Shown piece by piece: positions 59,272-64,000 of a stretch of 64,000 bases of DNA (its first letter is position 1; each line of letters starts with the position of its first letter). The stretch is from NCBI GenBank assembly GCA_039794845.1, contig JAUQVK010000037.1, forward strand, positions 1-64,000, given 5' to 3'. Source of the stretch: Thermostichus sp. DRC_bins_24. Its GTDB lineage: Bacteria > Cyanobacteriota > Cyanobacteriia > Thermostichales > Thermostichaceae. The notes under the pieces are model-generated. The model was not told the origin of the DNA and ran no database searches. It worked only from the letters and a program-made list of their open reading frames with translations. The translations under genes were made by a program, and so were the position numbers.

Positions 59272-59995
59272 CGCCTTGCTCCTCTTCTTCTTCCGCTATG
59301 TCTTCGGCAGAGTTGATGGCCGCTTGAGGAGATGGGGCAGAGGCCGCCTCAGTTGCCACCGGCTCGGATCCCCAACGGGCCTTGAGCTGCTCCAGTGCAG
59401 AGGTGGTAATCAGCACCCAATCCACATTGAGGAGGTCAAACACATTGATCTGATCCAGGCCGATCAACTTGACACGGGCAATGTTGCGCACGGCCCGCTC
59501 CAAGACTTCTGAACGATCAGATACAATTAACAAAGCCGACTGGTCTTCCATAACCCCCCAGCGCAACAAGGCCTGGGCCACCTCGCGGGTCTTGGGAGGG
59601 TTGAGCTGCTCCTGAAAGTCTTGCACCACAATCAGGTCTTCAGCGCGACTTTGCAAAGCGGTACGCAAAGCCAGCTGCCGCTCCTTGCGGTTCATGGCCA
59701 GATTGTATTCGCGCTTGCGGGGGCCGAAGATCACCCCACCTTTGCGCCAGAGCGGGGAGCGAATGGAACCCGCTCGAGCCCGTCCCGTGCCCTTTTGCTT
59801 CCAGGGCTTGCGACCGCCGCCGCGCACCTCGGAACGGGTTTTGGTGTGGGCGTTGCCTTGGCGGGCATTGGTCATCTGCCGACGCACAGCCAAATGAAGG
59901 ATGTGGGCTGCCACCTCGGGGCGAGCCACCTTCAGACTCAGCTCCGCGCTCCCCACGGTTTCCCCTTGCCAATCTTTAACCACACAACTTGCCAT
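59264..59995 (-). CDS. rplD: 50S ribosomal protein L4
   Basis: [31 protein letters not shown]; acidic C-terminal extension. Confidence 0.98.
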   Translation of the reverse strand: MASCVVKDWQGETVGSAELSLKVARPEVAAHILHLAVRRQMTNARQGNAHTKTRSEVRGGGRKPWKQKGTGRARAGSIRSPLWRKGGVIFGPRKREYNLAMNRKERQLALRTALQSRAEDLIVVQDFQEQLNPPKTREVAQALLRWGVMEDQSALLIVSDRSEVLERAVRNIARVKLIGLDQINVFDLLNVDWVLITTSALEQLKARWGSEPVATEAASAPSPQAAINSAEDIAEEEEEQGDD

Positions 59996-60053
59996 TGTTC
60001 CCTCGTCTTTGCGGATGCTGGTCGACTGCGGCGTTTGCTTAGGGATCCCTCAA

Positions 60054-60698
60054 CTAGCGCTTGTTGCCCACTTGTTTGGCGGGGGTGATTTCCAAAAGCC
60101 CCCCCTCCACGCCGGGCACACAGCCTTTGATGAGCAGTAGATCCCGCTCCACATCCACCTGCACCAGTTGCAACTTACGGGTGGTAACCCGACTGGCCCC
60201 CAAACGACCCGCCATGCGCAGGCCCGGAAACACCCGACCGGGGGTCGTGCCTGCGCCGATGGATCCCGGCTCGCGATGGTTCTTGGAACCATGAGACATG
60301 GGACCGCGACCAAAGTGGTGGCGCTTTTGGTTACCCGCAAACCCACGCCCGATGGAAGTGCCCGCTACATCCAGCAACTGCCCAGGGGTGAACATGTCTA
60401 CCGTGAGGGTTTGCCCCAACCGGTAACTTTCCGGTTGCTCGACGCGGAACTCCCGCAAATGGCGGAGCCACTGGCCCACACCTGCTTTGCTGAGATGACC
60501 CCGCTGCGCTTGGCTCAGGTGCTTTTCAGCGGTGGGGAGATAACCCACTTGCAGAGCGTTGTAGCCATCTGTGGCTTGGGTCTTGATCTGAGTAATGGTG
60601 CAGGGACCTGCCTGCACAACGGTGACAGGAATGGCCAGACCCTCTGGGGAGAAGATCTGGGTCATGCCGACTTTTCTTCCAAGGATGCCAAGCACCAC
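60054..60698 (-). CDS. rplC: 50S ribosomal protein L3
   Basis: [32 protein letters not shown] start after GGAGG. Confidence 0.97.
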   Translation of the reverse strand: MVLGILGRKVGMTQIFSPEGLAIPVTVVQAGPCTITQIKTQATDGYNALQVGYLPTAEKHLSQAQRGHLSKAGVGQWLRHLREFRVEQPESYRLGQTLTVDMFTPGQLLDVAGTSIGRGFAGNQKRHHFGRGPMSHGSKNHREPGSIGAGTTPGRVFPGLRMAGRLGASRVTTRKLQLVQVDVERDLLLIKGCVPGVEGGLLEITPAKQVGNKR

Positions 60699-61081
60699 AA
60701 GAGCCTCCAACCGAGCCTGTACGACTCGCCTTTGTCAACTTAACAACTGGCCCAACGAGCCGGATCCGTCAGATCTTGCCGGATCTGGGACGCATCGAGA
60801 CATCACCTATTGAGCGGCCCATCCAGGTGGGAGCAGCACGACGGCAATCTGCTCAGCACCAAAACGCAATGGCAGGAGCGATGAAGTTCGAGCGGATGAG
60901 AAGCAACCCAGCCGCTGCTGTGTTCTCTACCTCACTCACCCCGAAATCACACGCCAAACTGCCTTCTTAAACTGCTCAGACTTGCCCGCAGTGGGGCAGT
61001 ATCTGGAGTAGCAGCACGCTAAGGTTGCCGAAAACCCTTGTCAAAGCGGGCGAACCTAATAGGCAACAGTAGTACATCATA
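60699..61081 (-). promoter_or_regulatory. Long structured leader and promoter of the rplC operon
   Basis: -10-like TATGAT at 61076-61081 on the minus strand. Stems GTTGCC...GGCAAC (61024-61067), 60972-61011 and CAGATC...GATCTG (60770-60787). Confidence 0.45.
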
Positions 61082-61143
61082 GTGAAGAAAAGACCTGTTT
61101 GTCCAGATTTTCACAGAAGAAATTCGGTCAGTTGAGGAGGCCA

Positions 61144-63177
61144 ATGACGGTGACGACAGCTCCGGTGGGGAGAAAGGGCCATTTTGAGGGAAAACCAGCG
61201 CCTTTTAAGAGCGTGATTGGCTGGGCAGGCAGCGGGTTGACTCAGGCTTGCGTCGATCACTACTGCGCTTTGCTGGAGGCGGGATCCGAGCCGGGGCGGA
61301 TTCTGTTTTTGGTGCGGAGCCAGCGACAGGCTGATGAAGTTCTGCGGCGTTTGCAGCAAGCCCGTTCCGGTTTGGTGGGGCCCTGGCGGGTCGAGACCTT
61401 TCTGCAACGGGTGGGACAATCCTTGGCAGACCATTGGCCGCAGGTGCGGGCGGGGATCCCGCAATTGCCCCTCAAGTTCGAGCCGGTGCCTCTGGCCAAA
61501 GATTTAACCCAATTTCTCTGTGCGCGGGCCTGTGCCCTTTGTCCCCGCCACGGGGAAGCCTTTGCCAAGATCGGGCTGAAGGAGTTCCAGGTTTGGGATC
61601 AAATCAGCAGTGCGGCCTATATTGCGGGGGCTTCTGGCTTGGCGGCTGAGGCCGTGGGATCTCGATTGGCACAAGCTTGGCCAGAAGATACCGATCCGGC
61701 TCGGGCTGAGGCTTTACAGGCCATGGGCTGTTGTGTGGGGCAACTGTGGGAGGCGGCCCTAGGACTGGGATCCCTGGATTTTGGCCTGCAAATACGGCTG
61801 TTTCGGGAACAGATTTTGCCCTTGGCGGAGTTTTGGGCTCAGTGGGATCACCTGATTGTGGACCAAGCAGAAGACAGTTGTGGGGTAGCGCTGGAGTTTT
61901 ACCGGCTGGGCCAAGCCCACCTAAAAAGTCAATTTTTTAGCTACACGATTGGCGGCGGCGCTTCGTTCACCGGGGTTCCAGAAAGTGTGGCTCGCTTTTT
62001 GATCGAAGAGACCCAATTTCAACCTCTTGAGGGAAGCTACCGTGCCTCAGTAGGAATGATCCAGCTGGGATTGCAGATCACCCAGGTGTTGGATCCGCAG
62101 TTTACCCATCCCTTACCCGAACCGAAATTGGGGCAGTTGCCCGCGGTGAAACTGTTGGAGGGAGAGACCCAGTTTGCAGCGGTGGAGGAGATGGTTGCCC
62201 AGATTAAAACCTTACGGGCAGCAGGGATCCCGGCTTCTCGCATCGCCATTTTGCTGCCCCGTATGGATGCTGGGGTGAGCCTGAGCCTGCAGGAGCAACT
62301 GCCGCAGGAGCCGATTTTGCCGATTACCCCCTTTCCGGCCCTGATTCGCTATCCTCTGGTGCGGGCGGTATTGACGGCAGCGGAACTGGCCCACCCCCAG
62401 TGGGGAGCCTTTCCCACCTTGCCGGAGTGGCGGCTGCTGTTGGGCATGGTGCTGGATTTGGATCCAATCCGGGCGGCGTTGCTGGCCGAAGATACGTTGG
62501 ATCCGGTGGGACGGTCGCTGCGCCCCCAAACCGCGGTACGCCAGCCGGAGCGGGTCGGGTTTGCCAACCTGGAGCGCTATCAGAAGTTGTTCCATTGGCT
62601 GCGAGGTTATCGCTCGGGATCCCCTCTGGCCTATTTTTTTCAACGATTTTTTGCGGATCATTTGGCTCAGGTGATCTCCTCTGCCCAGGATCAAGAGTTG
62701 CTGCGGCTGTTGATCGAGGCAGCCCAACGGTTTCGTCGGGCCTTCCCCTCAGAAGCGGATCCCTCCTTTTTGGCCATGATTCGCTCTGGACAAACCCCCA
62801 GCAGCAGCCGTTTTGAGCCTGACTATTCGCGTCATTTGGTGGTCGCTACGCCCGTGGCCTACATCAATCGGAGCCTAGAGGCTGATTACCAGTTTTGGTT
62901 TGATATCACCAACCCCAGTTGGTCCCGTTCCCTCTGGCACATGCTCTACAACGACCGCGTACTCACCCCGGAATGGGATGGCAGCGTTTTCGATCCAGCC
63001 CGCGATGCACAGGCGCGTCAGCAACTCTTGGCTCGTACCCTATTGAATCTCTGCTGCCGCAATCGGCAAGGGCTGTGGCTGGTGCGCTCGAACTTTAATT
63101 ATCGCGGCGAGGAGAACACCGGCATTTTGGACTATTTGATTTTGAAAGCGATGAGGACGATGGCGACTGCTAGATAG
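61144..63177 (+). CDS. Conserved hypothetical protein with a degenerate UvrD/SF1 helicase-like layout
   Basis: Walker A-like GWAGSGLT (Lys absent), RILFL, LDFGLQ, HLIVDQAED, IAILLP. Start set at ATG 61144. Confidence 0.6.
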   Translation: MTVTTAPVGRKGHFEGKPAPFKSVIGWAGSGLTQACVDHYCALLEAGSEPGRILFLVRSQRQADEVLRRLQQARSGLVGPWRVETFLQRVGQSLADHWPQVRAGIPQLPLKFEPVPLAKDLTQFLCARACALCPRHGEAFAKIGLKEFQVWDQISSAAYIAGASGLAAEAVGSRLAQAWPEDTDPARAEALQAMGCCVGQLWEAALGLGSLDFGLQIRLFREQILPLAEFWAQWDHLIVDQAEDSCGVALEFYRLGQAHLKSQFFSYTIGGGASFTGVPESVARFLIEETQFQPLEGSYRASVGMIQLGLQITQVLDPQFTHPLPEPKLGQLPAVKLLEGETQFAAVEEMVAQIKTLRAAGIPASRIAILLPRMDAGVSLSLQEQLPQEPILPITPFPALIRYPLVRAVLTAAELAHPQWGAFPTLPEWRLLLGMVLDLDPIRAALLAEDTLDPVGRSLRPQTAVRQPERVGFANLERYQKLFHWLRGYRSGSPLAYFFQRFFADHLAQVISSAQDQELLRLLIEAAQRFRRAFPSEADPSFLAMIRSGQTPSSSRFEPDYSRHLVVATPVAYINRSLEADYQFWFDITNPSWSRSLWHMLYNDRVLTPEWDGSVFDPARDAQARQQLLARTLLNLCCRNRQGLWLVRSNFNYRGEENTGILDYLILKAMRTMATAR

Positions 63178-63254
63178 CCTCTTAGATGACCTCTTGACCA
63201 GCCGGGCGGTCTAAGGACTTCGGTTTCAAGGTTGATCTCTATAACCATTGCCAT

Positions 63255-63440
63255 TACAGCCCTTGCGCGGGTTTTCTACAGCAGGTATTGCGATTCCTGT
63301 TCTCGCTCCGCGAGGTGCGGAGCACCCTCCTGCTCTGCGGGGCCCGGAGGGCCATCTCCCTGGGGGGCGGATCGCAACTTCCCCAGTTGTTACACGCGAC
63401 TGGCGGACACGCCGGTGTGCCCTGGGCATAAAGGGCTGTA
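63255..63440 (+). mobile_element. MITE family A copy (186 bp) with perfect 10-bp TIR
   Basis: TACAGCCCTT...AAGGGCTGTA; no transposase; homologous to the copies at 1-146 and 1782-1941. Confidence 0.85.
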
Positions 63441-63547
63441 ACAGGACTTGCGCTTTCTGAGTCAGCTGGAAGGGCTGTATTGATTCACAAGCAGCCTACC
63501 CAGGATAATTTAAAGCCATATTCGCCTCTCAGAACCCCATACGCCCT

Positions 63548-64000
63548 ATGACTGCTGCCTTTGTCCATCCCCCTTTGGCCCAAACCCTGCTGCCTCGTCC
63601 CTCCCGTGTTCGGGATCTGTTGTTGATCCTGGGGGGAAGTTTGTTTGTGGCTGTCCTGGCTCAGCTGCGGATCCCTTTGCCTTTTACCCCGGTACCCATT
63701 ACGGGGCAGACCTTTGGGGTGCTGTTGGTGGGGGCCGGCTTCGGGGCACGGCTGAGCTTTCTGACCCTCTTGCTCTATCTACTGGAAGGTCTCTTGGGGC
63801 TGCCGGTTTTCACAGGCGGGGGATCCGGGTTTAGCCATTTGGTGGGGCCCACAGGGGGCTATTTGCTGGCGTTTCCTCTGGCAGCTGGGCTGATGGGCTG
63901 GTTTGTACAGCAACTGGGGGTGGATCGCAAGGCGTGGAAAATGGCGGCGGCGATGCTGGCCTGTACTGCTCTGATTTATCTGATTGGTGCCACTTGGCTG
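63548..64000 (+). CDS. bioY: Biotin transporter BioY (runs off the window end)
   Basis: Translated by hand: MTAAFVHPP...IPLPFTPVPITGQTFGVLL.G...GLLGLPVFTGG...GPTGGYL. Confidence 0.92.
   Translation, partial: MTAAFVHPPLAQTLLPRPSRVRDLLLILGGSLFVAVLAQLRIPLPFTPVPITGQTFGVLLVGAGFGARLSFLTLLLYLLEGLLGLPVFTGGGSGFSHLVGPTGGYLLAFPLAAGLMGWFVQQLGVDRKAWKMAAAMLACTALIYLIGATWL

Overview
Chromosomal window from a thermophilic cyanobacterium. The GGGATCCC-rich sequence and genes such as psaE and hli point to the Thermostichus / Yellowstone 'Synechococcus' type; this assignment is an inference. Most of the window is housekeeping: rps1b, an Rrf2 regulator, moxR, hli, psaE-mutM, nadK, def, purF, sdhA, ispF, rpmI-rplT, glcD, pdhB, murI-amiC, tRNA-Val(GAC), cysH, an MscS channel, the rplC-to-infA ribosomal protein operon (with map) and bioY. 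Accessory signals are small. (1) A pentapeptide-repeat gene is frameshifted by a 33-bp insert flanked by an exact 29-bp duplication, the geometry of a single CRISPR repeat-spacer-repeat inside a normal gene. (2) A c-di-AMP (ydaO/yuaA) riboswitch sits ahead of an NrtABD/CmpABD-like ABC transporter operon with an embedded universal stress protein. (3) A decayed duplicate of the tRNA-Val 3' half plus its downstream hairpin lies about 4.5 kb from the gene, like an att scar. (4) A TA-targeting MITE family has three copies, one inserted in a decayed IS701 transposase, and there is a second short repeat family. (5) Exact 9-13 bp tandem duplications recur, and there is an orphan glyoxalase/VOC gene fragment. 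All product calls are from motif recognition, not database searches. Several start codons were moved from the ORF-track maxima to more plausible internal starts.
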